Shown: positions 1 through 9,000, counted from the first letter of the stretch. The stretch is DNA of 20,000 nt from an uncultured virus (IMG/VR IMGVR_UViG_3300037189_006336) (IMGVR_UViG_3300037189_006336:53101-73100); one strand, 5' to 3'. The notes: generated by a model not told the origin, from the letters alone. Numbers and translations: made by a program.

Positions 1-1685
1 TTTTTAAGCTTTGTTACTTGTTGTTGATTATTAACAAAGTCTCTACCTTCATAATGCCATCCAGATTTAGCTTTTACACCTCCACAATAATCAAAAATGT
101 TAGTGTTAGTTGCTAAGAAGTCTTCAGGTTTTACACCATTAACAAAATACGCGTGGATAGCTTTAGGAATAATCAAGAAAGATTTATTCTTGTGTAACGT
201 AGCTGTTTTCTTTTTATCAAGATCTTCCCACTCAAATCTACCTTTACATTTTACTTTACCTTTCTTATTTACCGCGATATAATTATTTACATCACCGATA
301 ACCATTTTGGTATATTCATCATGTTCAAGTTGAAGTTTAGTAAGTAGTTCCCATTGATGACATACTGACATATAAGTAGAAACCGCTGTAACAGGAATCA
401 TCATCTCTAAACCATCTGTATTCTGCATAAGAGGTGCAGCATCAGGTATAGCTTCACACAACATCTCGTACAACATACTTAACAGTAGTTGTCCATTAAT
501 AGTGATTTGCATGGTCATCTTAGGATCATAAAGAAAACTATTTTCATCACCAGATAAACCATATGTACTATTAAGAATAATCTTATATACATAGTTTCTA
601 GGATCTGTTTTAGGAATCTTCACTCTCTCATTAAAAAACCACTCATACTGTTCACAGAATTCTTTTTGAGGAAGATGTCCCGGATGAAAACCGTTACGAA
701 TAGCTAGATTTGGATAATAGCTCACAACATCTGAAGAAATAATTACATAACCGGGTTTAGCTTCATACACACCCATATCTGCAGCTCCATGGATACCACC
801 AAGTCCATAATCAGTTTTAACTCCTCTATTTATAAGAGAATACTTAAATCCATCTTTTGTAGATGTAATAACTGTTTTTTTAAAAAAGTCGTGTAGCTTT
901 TGAAACTCTGGAGTTTTAAACTTAACATAAGGAAGAATACAATCAGCTAACACTATATAACTACGTGGAGTACGCATGTCTTTTATAACACTTTTATCAA
1001 GTCCTGTCTTTTTAGAAAGAAAGAACATAAATAACTCTTTAGATATACGAGGTTCAGAAGCTGAATATAGATCTACACCGTATTCTGTAGTAAGAAGTGT
1101 TCTTAAACTTAGTTGTTCTTTTGATAAGTGTAAAATTTGTTTAGTACTCTTTACATCATTGACACAATAATCAACAATCATATCTAGAGTCTTTTGATCG
1201 GGTACCGGTTCATAATGCGGATGAGGCATCTCTTCTACATTATACCAGTCCATAGAATACTGTATCCATTTAAGACTAGACATCTTGGCTTTATTATCCC
1301 AATGGTTCATCTTAAAAAGATCAATACACTTAATCTTAAATTGTCTAGGAGTAAACTCAGCAAATTCAGATCTGTTTTTACGATCTATAACATCTTGAGC
1401 GTATTTATATATCCAGGAAGCAAGATCTTTTCCTGACATATGTATGAGTTTGTGTTTCTCTCTTAACAGTTTTTCAGTAATCTGAGCGTCAAAAGCTATA
1501 CCGTTGAAACTTATATGCCACTCGTTTTTAGTTATATTATTTTCTAAAAAAGATATTAAGTCTTTGAAATCATTCTGGTGTTCCCAGATAATAAACTTCT
1601 TTGTTTTATCCTCTTTGTAGTGTGTAAACACGGCTGTGAAAAGATTTATAATCGTTTCATAGTCCATTACGTAATGATCTGCCAT
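1..1685 (-). CDS. polB: Family B DNA polymerase with 3'-5' exonuclease domain (3' end runs off the window)
   Basis: Manual translation from ATG at 1685 (MADHYVMDYETIINLF...). ExoI DYET, ExoII FNGIAFD, ExoIII YCVNDV, motif A SDVVSYYPN, motif B YKIILNSTYG, motif C QNTDG. Not in the ORF track, presumably because no stop falls within the window. Confidence 0.95.
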   Translation of the reverse strand, partial: MADHYVMDYETIINLFTAVFTHYKEDKTKKFIIWEHQNDFKDLISFLENNITKNEWHISFNGIAFDAQITEKLLREKHKLIHMSGKDLASWIYKYAQDVIDRKNRSEFAEFTPRQFKIKCIDLFKMNHWDNKAKMSSLKWIQYSMDWYNVEEMPHPHYEPVPDQKTLDMIVDYCVNDVKSTKQILHLSKEQLSLRTLLTTEYGVDLYSASEPRISKELFMFFLSKKTGLDKSVIKDMRTPRSYIVLADCILPYVKFKTPEFQKLHDFFKKTVITSTKDGFKYSLINRGVKTDYGLGGIHGAADMGVYEAKPGYVIISSDVVSYYPNLAIRNGFHPGHLPQKEFCEQYEWFFNERVKIPKTDPRNYVYKIILNSTYGLSGDENSFLYDPKMTMQITINGQLLLSMLYEMLCEAIPDAAPLMQNTDGLEMMIPVTAVSTYMSVCHQWELLTKLQLEHDEYTKMVIGDVNNYIAVNKKGKVKCKGRFEWEDLDKKKTATLHKNKSFLIIPKAIHAYFVNGVKPEDFLATNTNIFDYCGGVKAKSGWHYEGRDFVNNQQQVTKLK

Positions 1686-1723
1686 ATATATAATATTCAG
1701 TTAAGCTGTTTCCCCTTCTTAAG

Positions 1724-1753
1724 AAAAAAAAGGAGATCTAATTGATCTCCTTT
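1724..1753 (-). terminator. Intrinsic terminator upstream of polB
   Basis: AAAGGAGATC-AATTA-GATCTCCTTT perfect 10-bp stem followed by a T-run on the minus strand, just after the stop at 1765. Confidence 0.85.
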
Positions 1754-1764
1754 GTTGGTTTATT

Positions 1765-2166
1765 TTAAACAGTGACAATAGACTTTTTGACCGCGGTAGG
1801 ATTGAAAGCTTCATCTAAAATACTAAGATCAAATGTATCAGTGTTTGTTGCAAACATTTGAACAAACTGTTTAATTTCATCTTCGTTACTTATAAAGTAT
1901 TCATAGAAAGTTTCTAACGCTTTTCTTTCTTCAGCATAGTCTTTTCCATTAGCTCTCTTACCTATTTTCATAGCTGTAGGATCTCCCCATTCATTAAGTT
2001 TAGCCATCATATGAAAAGTTTCTTTCTTTTCTTTTCCAATAACAACTAACACTTTATCTTCTGGATCAAATATTACCTCGTTGTACGGACAAATTGGTGA
2101 CACTGGAATCATCTTGAAAGTCTTTCTAACTCCCCAAGATGATGTAATCAAAATCATTGACTTCAT
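1765..2166 (-). CDS. Hypothetical phage protein
   Basis: ORF with likely ATG at 2166 (MKSMILITSSWG...), just downstream of the promoter at 2188-2218. Confidence 0.8.
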   Translation of the reverse strand: MKSMILITSSWGVRKTFKMIPVSPICPYNEVIFDPEDKVLVVIGKEKKETFHMMAKLNEWGDPTAMKIGKRANGKDYAEERKALETFYEYFISNEDEIKQFVQMFATNTDTFDLSILDEAFNPTAVKKSIVTV

Positions 2167-2187
2167 AAATCTAAACTTTATTTTTTG

Positions 2188-2218
2188 CAAAGCTACTTAT
2201 TTTACATCAATACTCAAA
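2188..2218 (-). promoter_or_regulatory. Bacteroidota primary-sigma promoter (-33/-7)
   Basis: Minus strand TTTG (2218-2215), 19-nt spacer, TAGCTTTG (2195-2188). Exact match to the TTTG-N19-21-TAnnTTTG consensus. Confidence 0.8.
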
Positions 2219-2730
2219 GTTTCTTTTTCGATATCGTATTTATCACACAATTCTCCAACTTCTTTAAGTACACTCAATTTTACATTCAGAAGTTTAGCAT
2301 ACACATCCATGTATTTTTCTGGATACAGATAAGTTTTCATATAGAGGTACTCTGATGATAGAGGACCAAAATAATCTTTAATGTGTGATTTCATATCTTT
2401 AGATAATTTAGAATACTTTCCTTCTAGAAAATACTTCCAATCTTCTTTATACTCTGTAAATTTAAACATGTATAGTTTAAACCCATCAGCTTCAATCACA
2501 TATTCAAACAACTTATTGGATTGTAATACGTTCTTTTCAAATGTTTTAAAGACACTAGTGTCTTCAGCTTTATACGCACATACTAATATCATATCCTCCA
2601 CTCCTATTTTATCTTTAATAGACAAGTATACACCAGCCGGTGTAAAAGGATTTTTCTTATTTATACCAAGTGCGGGAAATAAAAAAGATCTAGATTTTTG
2701 AAAATATTTATCGTATAAGCTACTAATCAT
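2197..2730 (-). CDS. Hypothetical phage protein
   Basis: 177-aa ORF tightly packed in the replication operon; no motif recognised. Confidence 0.8.
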   Translation of the reverse strand: MISSLYDKYFQKSRSFLFPALGINKKNPFTPAGVYLSIKDKIGVEDMILVCAYKAEDTSVFKTFEKNVLQSNKLFEYVIEADGFKLYMFKFTEYKEDWKYFLEGKYSKLSKDMKSHIKDYFGPLSSEYLYMKTYLYPEKYMDVYAKLLNVKLSVLKEVGELCDKYDIEKETLSIDVK

Positions 2731-2740
2731 AATTTGTTAT

Positions 2741-3760
2741 TTATAAAACTACGTTTCCTACAGCAAAGTCGTATGGAAGACTATAGTCTTTATTTATATA
2801 ATGCCACTCAGCTTTGTTTAAGACCTCTTTCATTCTTTCTAACCAGCTGTTCATTGTTAAATCACTCACTTTAAAAGGATATACTAAAAATGATTTATCT
2901 ATTACAATAAAACGAAACTCCACTTTATAACCAGCATCTATAAGACGCGCGTAATTAACGTGAACTAATGACATATATACAACAGCTTGTAACCAATAAG
3001 AATAAAACTCTACAGTTTCTGAAAAATCTTTTAGTTCTTTACTTGTTGTTTTAATATCATTAATACGTATTACTTTTTTATCATTATCAATTACAAGATT
3101 ATCCAATATACCTTTAATTCCAAAAGGTTTACCGGCAACATTCATTGAGAGTTCTATTTCACTATATACTTCAACATCATCAAAATCAGTAGCGCTACAT
3201 CCTATAAGATTACATATCAAACTGTCTTGCTTTATCAAATCAACAGCTTCTTTACAGTAGTTGTAATCCTCTACAGATATTAGAGATTTTCCTTTCTTTT
3301 GTTTTAAAAAACTCCAGTATGATTTTGTTTCAGAAGTGATTATTTTATCAAATCTTTGATCATCTGTTTTTAAACTTTGATGTAGATTCATATCTGTCAA
3401 TACATCAAGGATCGCGTTTTTAAATTCATCTAAGTTTTCTCTTCCATCATCAGACAACTCTGAGTAATGTTTAAAAACTCTATCCACTACAGCTTTTGTA
3501 TTACCTGTAGGAAGAGTATCGGGAGAAACAACAAACAATTTTTCAAAGTTATGTTCTTCTAATAACAAACAATGTACAAGTTTACCTTGTACTAAATGGT
3601 TATCCAACTTTTCTTCTTTGTTTCCTAATATATAAGATTGATAGAAAAACGCGGGATTCCACATCAGTTGTTTTAAAGAACTATAACTAAACATCATTTG
3701 TTTACTATAGAACTCATTTTGTAAATGTTCCATAGTTTCTCTTAATAAATCCTCAAGCAT
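2741..3760 (-). CDS. PD-(D/E)XK exonuclease (RecE/DUF3799-like)
   Basis: N-terminal SYSSLK, GKLVHCLLLE, KGILDNL...INDIKTT catalytic motif and YWLQAVVY. Confidence 0.8.
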   Translation of the reverse strand: MLEDLLRETMEHLQNEFYSKQMMFSYSSLKQLMWNPAFFYQSYILGNKEEKLDNHLVQGKLVHCLLLEEHNFEKLFVVSPDTLPTGNTKAVVDRVFKHYSELSDDGRENLDEFKNAILDVLTDMNLHQSLKTDDQRFDKIITSETKSYWSFLKQKKGKSLISVEDYNYCKEAVDLIKQDSLICNLIGCSATDFDDVEVYSEIELSMNVAGKPFGIKGILDNLVIDNDKKVIRINDIKTTSKELKDFSETVEFYSYWLQAVVYMSLVHVNYARLIDAGYKVEFRFIVIDKSFLVYPFKVSDLTMNSWLERMKEVLNKAEWHYINKDYSLPYDFAVGNVVL

Positions 3761-3772
3761 ATATTTTATTTT

Positions 3773-3961
3773 TTATAATTTGTTAGATTCAGCTTTTTTC
3801 CATAAGCCTTTTTCTTCTAGAAAAATACGAATTCTATTTCCTGTTCTAAAATCTGTAGTAAAAGCTTCTGTAAGTTCTAGAAATCTATACACCTCGCAGA
3901 GTTCTTCTTTCACTTTACCTATATCATCTTCTGATAACATACCATCTAAGAATTCACTCAT
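3773..3961 (-). CDS. Small hypothetical protein
   Basis: 62-aa ORF coupled to the upstream HNH gene by an ATGA overlap. Confidence 0.7.
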   Translation of the reverse strand: MSEFLDGMLSEDDIGKVKEELCEVYRFLELTEAFTTDFRTGNRIRIFLEEKGLWKKAESNKL

Positions 3962-4344
3962 TTCTTTCTATCTTTTTGTGTTTTTTTGTCATGACAATTT
4001 ATACATAGTACCTGTAGCCCTTCAACCTCTACAAATAATCTTCCTACAAACCCTTCTAGATCAGCACCACAGTTAAGAGCTCCGGCTGGTATAATGTGAT
4101 CAATATTAATATCTTTCTCCATAAACCACTCTTTACAAATGTTACATTGGTATTCATACTTTTGTCTTTTGTTAACTCCTTTATAAATACGTCTTGCTTC
4201 TAGTTTAACCTGTGTTACAGGTGGCCACCATCTACTTTTTTGTCTAAGAGCGCTTCTGATGAAAGTCCAGTACACAGCTTCACTCATTGTACCACCAGCT
4301 CTTGTTTTAGCAACTCTAGATTTCACTACTTTCTTTGCTTTCAT
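3958..4344 (-). CDS. HNH (His-Me finger) endonuclease with zinc-binding cysteines
   Basis: CNIC...IDHIIP...LQVLCINCHDKKT. Confidence 0.85.
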   Translation of the reverse strand: MKAKKVVKSRVAKTRAGGTMSEAVYWTFIRSALRQKSRWWPPVTQVKLEARRIYKGVNKRQKYEYQCNICKEWFMEKDINIDHIIPAGALNCGADLEGFVGRLFVEVEGLQVLCINCHDKKTQKDRKK

Positions 4345-5326
4345 CCGGCAAAGATATAAGTTTATCTATTATTGGAACAAGTCTATTTCTAACTTGTAAA
4401 GGTCCATGATCACGAATACTATCTGAAGGATCTTTACTCATTGGTAGATAACATACATGAATATAAGGATATGTTTCTTTATACTTTACCATAGCCGCTT
4501 TACCTGGTTCATCATTATCAAACATTACAAGAATCTTCTTATAGTTTAAACGATAGATTTCCATATCAGCTGCTTTAATCAAAGTGTTTTCAGAATCAGG
4601 AGCTATTATATCTATATTCTTAAGCTTCAGACTTTTAATAGCCATTATATCTTTAAGACTAGATGTTATTAACAAAAACTGATTTAAATTAATTTGATCA
4701 AATCCTTGAATATAATCTTTAACTTTAATAAATTTTTTATCCAAAGTTTTGGGTTGGTAAATTTTATACAAACTCCCATCTTTTCTAAAATATCCATATA
4801 AATAACTACCTCTGATAGTTAGTGTAATAGGACCAGCGTCTGTAGTTTTTTCCATAAGATAACTTTCAAGCGGTCTTACATTATGTTCTGTAAGAAGCTT
4901 TGATCCTATGTTAAACTGAGTCCAGAAATATTGATCTTTAGATGTCCAGGATCTAAACACTACAGATGTCACCTTATATCTTGATGACACTTTAAACTTT
5001 GACATATTATATCCTCCATTATTATGAAGAACAAAGTCATTGTAATTTTCTATAATGATTTCAGATGCTTTATGAAAAGGAACGTTATATAGTTCTTTTA
5101 CAAGATCTACAGCGGATCCTCCTTTACCTGTAGAGAAATCCTTAAATCTATATTGACCACTTGTACAGTAAATAGAAAAACTAGGTGTTCTTTCTTCAGG
5201 ATTAAATATACTTTTAATCTTTACTTCAGAACCATCTAATTTATGTTTCAGTTTACAAAAGTGTTCAAATATCCAAGGAATAGGTATCTGCTTTACATCA
5301 TTTACAAGATTCTTAGTGTTAAACAT
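4316..5326 (-). CDS. DnaG-type phage DNA primase (TOPRIM), divergent
   Basis: ERTPSF...FKDFSTGKGG resembles a cysteine-free zinc-binding domain; FDNDEPG is the TOPRIM DxD motif; KDPSD is the C-terminal motif. Confidence 0.85.
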   Translation of the reverse strand: MFNTKNLVNDVKQIPIPWIFEHFCKLKHKLDGSEVKIKSIFNPEERTPSFSIYCTSGQYRFKDFSTGKGGSAVDLVKELYNVPFHKASEIIIENYNDFVLHNNGGYNMSKFKVSSRYKVTSVVFRSWTSKDQYFWTQFNIGSKLLTEHNVRPLESYLMEKTTDAGPITLTIRGSYLYGYFRKDGSLYKIYQPKTLDKKFIKVKDYIQGFDQINLNQFLLITSSLKDIMAIKSLKLKNIDIIAPDSENTLIKAADMEIYRLNYKKILVMFDNDEPGKAAMVKYKETYPYIHVCYLPMSKDPSDSIRDHGPLQVRNRLVPIIDKLISLPDESKESSEI

Positions 5327-5340
5327 AAAAACAGTTTAAA

Positions 5341-5377
5341 AAAATAGGGGATCCCTATTAAAGAATCCCCCTTTTTT
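5341..5377 (-). terminator. Intrinsic terminator between the SSB-like gene and primase
   Basis: Minus strand GGGGATTCTT-TAAT-AGGGATCCCC (with G-U pairs) followed by TATTTTTT. Confidence 0.7.
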
Positions 5378-5395
5378 AATCAATAGCAACAATGA

Positions 5396-6016
5396 TTACA
5401 TATCAAAATCAGAACCAGCGTCAAAACTTGCTACAGGTATAGATGGAGCTAAAGCTTTGTAATGATATATGTTAGTTTTATCAAATACATCAAGCTTACT
5501 TATGTCTTTAGCTACATATTTATACTTAGGAAGAGAAAGTTTAACGATGGTTTTACCATTATATTCTTCTTCTGTTCCTTTTAAAAACCAATTAAGATCA
5601 TGTCCTTTTAATACATCAATAGCTTTGTCAACCCAAGTTTCAATATTTGTAATATTATGCTTTTGACCAATCTCATCAATTTCTTTTCTCAAACCTAGTT
5701 GATCAGAAATAAATACAAGCTTACTTAAGATTTCGTTTTTAGCAAGTTCTTGACTATTATACTCAGCTGTATAAACAGTAGCTACTACTTTACCAGTAGG
5801 ACCAGCATACTTAGGACCAGTTGGGTTATCTTTATCAATTGGCCATCCTTCGAAGTCAGGAACTATTTCCCCTTCTAATAAAAGATCCAACACTTTCTTA
5901 TCACCTTTTGATGATGTTCTTACTAAGCCACTTAAAATATGGGCTTTTACTACTCCTGGTGTTAGACTCTTTGATCCACCACCACTTTTTACTTCTTGTC
6001 CTTGTGTACTAAACAT
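5396..6016 (-). CDS. Putative single-stranded DNA-binding protein
   Basis: Directly downstream of the Sak4-like ATPase, the usual SSB position. Beta-rich N-terminus and acidic/aromatic tail (SFDAGSDFDM). Confidence 0.55.
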   Translation of the reverse strand: MFSTQGQEVKSGGGSKSLTPGVVKAHILSGLVRTSSKGDKKVLDLLLEGEIVPDFEGWPIDKDNPTGPKYAGPTGKVVATVYTAEYNSQELAKNEILSKLVFISDQLGLRKEIDEIGQKHNITNIETWVDKAIDVLKGHDLNWFLKGTEEEYNGKTIVKLSLPKYKYVAKDISKLDVFDKTNIYHYKALAPSIPVASFDAGSDFDM

Positions 6017-6027
6017 GTGTGTTTTTT

Positions 6028-6711
6028 TTAATTTTCGTAATCAATAATTCCTTTTCTAACCAGTTCTAAATCATTAGGTATTTCTAATGTTAGAAACATT
6101 CCTCTCGGAGATTTACATGTGTTATCTCCTATTGTTTGAGTTTCAAATACATAACGAATTGTTCCATCTTTATCTTTTTTAACTTTACCAAACAACACTA
6201 TAGAAAATAAACCTTCGAGTGTTAGTTTCTCATCAATAAGTTTTCCTATTGTTTTAGCTTTCACCTTACGTTTACCTTCTATATCTACGCTTTCTTCAGC
6301 GTGTGTTAAATAAAAAACAGTTAGGTCTTCTCTCAAATTCTGAGGAAGTCTGGATAATTTAGATAATTTACTACCAATTTGAGTAAATTTTTCATACCCT
6401 TTTTCATTTATCTTATCAAAAAACTCAAATGAACTTACATACTGAAAATCATCTATAACAATAGTGGTGATTTCAGGACGCTTTTCATTTACATACTTGA
6501 TACAAGCCTCAATACTTTCAGCATCATGTCTACTGATAATATTACCTTTAGGACTATCTTTACTCCAAGCTACATATTTAGACTTCCATCCTTTAAATGG
6601 AAGTGGTTTATTAGCTACATTGATTATAAAAGTCTCAGAAGGATTTAGACTTTCAATACTTGTACTTTTTCCGGAACCTGATTCCGCAATAATTAAAACA
6701 CCTCTTCCCAT
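6028..6711 (-). CDS. Sak4-like (AAA_24) ssDNA-annealing ATPase
   Basis: Walker A AESGSGKST, NVANKPLPF, Walker B IVIDD, KTIGKLIDEK and C-terminal KSPRGMF. Likely ATG at 6711. Confidence 0.8.
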   Translation of the reverse strand: MGRGVLIIAESGSGKSTSIESLNPSETFIINVANKPLPFKGWKSKYVAWSKDSPKGNIISRHDAESIEACIKYVNEKRPEITTIVIDDFQYVSSFEFFDKINEKGYEKFTQIGSKLSKLSRLPQNLREDLTVFYLTHAEESVDIEGKRKVKAKTIGKLIDEKLTLEGLFSIVLFGKVKKDKDGTIRYVFETQTIGDNTCKSPRGMFLTLEIPNDLELVRKGIIDYEN

Positions 6712-6716
6712 AATTT

Positions 6717-7328
6717 TTACTTCTGATTTTTGATTAAATCGTTTAACCAATGTTTGTTTGATACTGGATTACCCGTGTGTATCGCATAATAATCTCTTAT
6801 TGTCATATCTGAATAAGGAGCATCATCTACAGATGTAGAAGATATAGATATAGGAGCTTTGAAGAAAGTAACCGCGGGATTTTTAGTTTCTTGTTTACTG
6901 TTTTTCAAAACACTATCACTACTTATCGCTGCAGACGATTTAGATATAGCAACTGATGTTGGGTTAACAATTCTTAATTCTTCTAATGGAACATAATACG
7001 AACCTCTTTCATTAAGTTCATACTCATCTTCAAAATGTGGATTATAAGGAACTCTATATACAGTTCTTTCGTTTGTAATAGGTTTATAATCTCTACCAAT
7101 TACTTCAATATACAATCCTGATGGTCTTCTAAACTCACTTGGGAAGATTCCCACTACTGTTTTGTTTAGATATTTACCAGTGCTTGAATAAAAAGCCATC
7201 TTCATCTGAAAATCACCTGGAGTGATACCAAGATCTTTAATAAGATCGGCATGATACTCTCTAATAGTTTTTAACTGATGAACTTTGTAATCCGCCTCTG
7301 TAGCGAAACCTTCAAAAATACTTGACAT
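6717..7328 (-). CDS. Hypothetical phage protein
   Basis: 203-aa ORF with a Ser-rich linker and a C-terminal MTIRDYYAI module. Confidence 0.8.
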   Translation of the reverse strand: MSSIFEGFATEADYKVHQLKTIREYHADLIKDLGITPGDFQMKMAFYSSTGKYLNKTVVGIFPSEFRRPSGLYIEVIGRDYKPITNERTVYRVPYNPHFEDEYELNERGSYYVPLEELRIVNPTSVAISKSSAAISSDSVLKNSKQETKNPAVTFFKAPISISSTSVDDAPYSDMTIRDYYAIHTGNPVSNKHWLNDLIKNQK

Positions 7329-7353
7329 GTGTAATGTGTTAATGTGAAAAATG

Positions 7354-8367
7354 TTAAGTGGTGCGCCATTTTACAGCTTTAGCTCCTCCATTATTAGGAG
7401 CTGAGCTTACTACTGGAGGAGCGACTTCTATCATTCTACCACGATTGAACTCTGCTTTCATAAAAACAAGATTACTGTTGTTAGGACTGTTTCTTGATTT
7501 AATAATATGCATTGCGATATCATCACTTGTCATAATATAACCATTAGGACCATACACTGGTACATCAGCTATAAAAGGACGGTTCATAACACTCACCATA
7601 TCTGAACATTGCATAAGAGCGTCACCACCAAATATATCAGAACTAGTTGGATAATTAGCTATGTTACCTGGTAATTTTCTTACCGCATCATCAATACCTC
7701 TGTTAAGTTGACTTAACATGATAATAATAACTGGTAAATCTCTTTTAACATTCATCAAAGTTTCAGCCGTGTTGTAAAGAGTAGAAATCTTCTCCTTTTC
7801 TGTTATGGACTGTTTAATTAACCAACTATGATCTATAGTGACAATAAGAGGTTTACCACCCATCAGATTATAATAATGATGGATAGCCTTCTCAATATCC
7901 TTATGACCCATTGATTGACTAATTAAATAACGCATAATACCTAGCTTTTCTAAAGCTATAGTATCATGTAAATGTTGGATCATTTGTTTATGAGCAAAGT
8001 CTTCTAGTTCTCTATACGCACTAAGAACAGTGTTGTAATCTAGAGCTGTCTCTGCAGCGAAAGCTCTTGAAGCATACTGTTTAGTACCCATTTCAAACTG
8101 AAACTCTAAAATACTAAAATCCATTTTAGGATTTAACATTCTAGACTCTCTTAGAATTTGACTTACAATCATAGTTTTACCAGATCCGGGTCTAGCACCT
8201 ATAGTCCATAGGGAGCCCCACTCTAAACCATTTACTCCGGAACTATTAATTCCGTTCCATGGTGTCAAAAAAGAAACGTTTTTACCTTTCTTTCTATCTT
8301 CTACATAAATCAGACCTTCCCTAAGAATTTCCGAATACCTTTTTCCGCCAAATATTTCATTATCCAT
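7354..8367 (-). CDS. dnaB: DnaB-like (SF4) replicative helicase, motor domain only
   Basis: GARPGSGKT (H1), FQFEM (H1a), TIDH (H2), LSQLNR (H3), SDIFGGDALMQCSD (H4), KSRN arginine finger. Confidence 0.9.
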   Translation of the reverse strand: MDNEIFGGKRYSEILREGLIYVEDRKKGKNVSFLTPWNGINSSGVNGLEWGSLWTIGARPGSGKTMIVSQILRESRMLNPKMDFSILEFQFEMGTKQYASRAFAAETALDYNTVLSAYRELEDFAHKQMIQHLHDTIALEKLGIMRYLISQSMGHKDIEKAIHHYYNLMGGKPLIVTIDHSWLIKQSITEKEKISTLYNTAETLMNVKRDLPVIIIMLSQLNRGIDDAVRKLPGNIANYPTSSDIFGGDALMQCSDMVSVMNRPFIADVPVYGPNGYIMTSDDIAMHIIKSRNSPNNSNLVFMKAEFNRGRMIEVAPPVVSSAPNNGGAKAVKWRTT

Positions 8368-8387
8368 ACACGGTATTAGGGGGTTTG

Positions 8388-8418
8388 CAAATATAAACTA
8401 TTCATTTTAACCAACAAA
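8388..8418 (-). promoter_or_regulatory. Bacteroidota primary-sigma promoter upstream of dnaB
   Basis: Minus strand TTTG (8418-8415), 19-nt spacer, TATATTTG (8395-8388), 20 nt before the dnaB ATG. Confidence 0.8.
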
Positions 8419-8421
8419 TAA

Positions 8422-9000
8422 TTATATAGCTCTTGTTAAAATAGATGGATCATCTTTAATCATTTGACAATAATCAGCCAACTTAGATGACACTGTTTTA
8501 TGAATATCCATTTTTTTTATAAAATAGCTACTACTCATTGTAAATTGAAAGTTTACAAGTCTTTTTTGTATAATATAATATTGTGTTGCATCTAAAACAA
8601 GATCCCAATTGAACTCTTGATACGTTTTAAAAAACCATATAAATTTATCTTTAAGTTCTTGAGTATTTTGTCTAGCTAACTCTCCAGAAGGAAATTTTCC
8701 ATCTGGAAAGATCTCTCTATATTCATTTATTTTAGTAATAAAATCTTCTCCAAGTACAGATGTTGTAACAACTTTTTTAGTTTTAACTAAATAAGTTTCA
8801 AACTCATCTAACATAGTCATAGCTGTATGACTTAATACACCACTTTCATCTATATAACCTTTACTTTTTGCTATTTTGTATTCTTCGGTTACGTCTATTA
8901 TTTGCGAAGGTTTTATCTTGTATCTGCAACAATCTAAGAAGTACAGTTGGTTCGGGCTCAACTGATATCTGATCAAACTTGTCCATATCTGATGACTCAT
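8422..9000 (-). CDS. Hypothetical protein, possible replication initiator or helicase loader
   Basis: 192-aa ORF between the DnaA-C gene and dnaB. The function is inferred only from gene position. Confidence 0.7.
   Translation of the reverse strand: MSHQIWTSLIRYQLSPNQLYFLDCCRYKIKPSQIIDVTEEYKIAKSKGYIDESGVLSHTAMTMLDEFETYLVKTKKVVTTSVLGEDFITKINEYREIFPDGKFPSGELARQNTQELKDKFIWFFKTYQEFNWDLVLDATQYYIIQKRLVNFQFTMSSSYFIKKMDIHKTVSSKLADYCQMIKDDPSILTRAI

Noticed and set aside
97..1436. Plus-strand ORFs 97..282, 976..1170 and 1194..1436
   Set aside because: Antisense shadows of the polB coding sequence.
2081..7540. Plus-strand ORFs at 2081, 2381, 3780, 5469, 5821, 6464 and 7358
   Set aside because: They lie opposite well-supported minus-strand genes and show no motifs.
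8359..8370. DnaA-box-like TTATCCATA (also near 18913)
   Set aside because: It is the reverse complement of the ATGGATAA gene start, has a mismatch and is not clustered.
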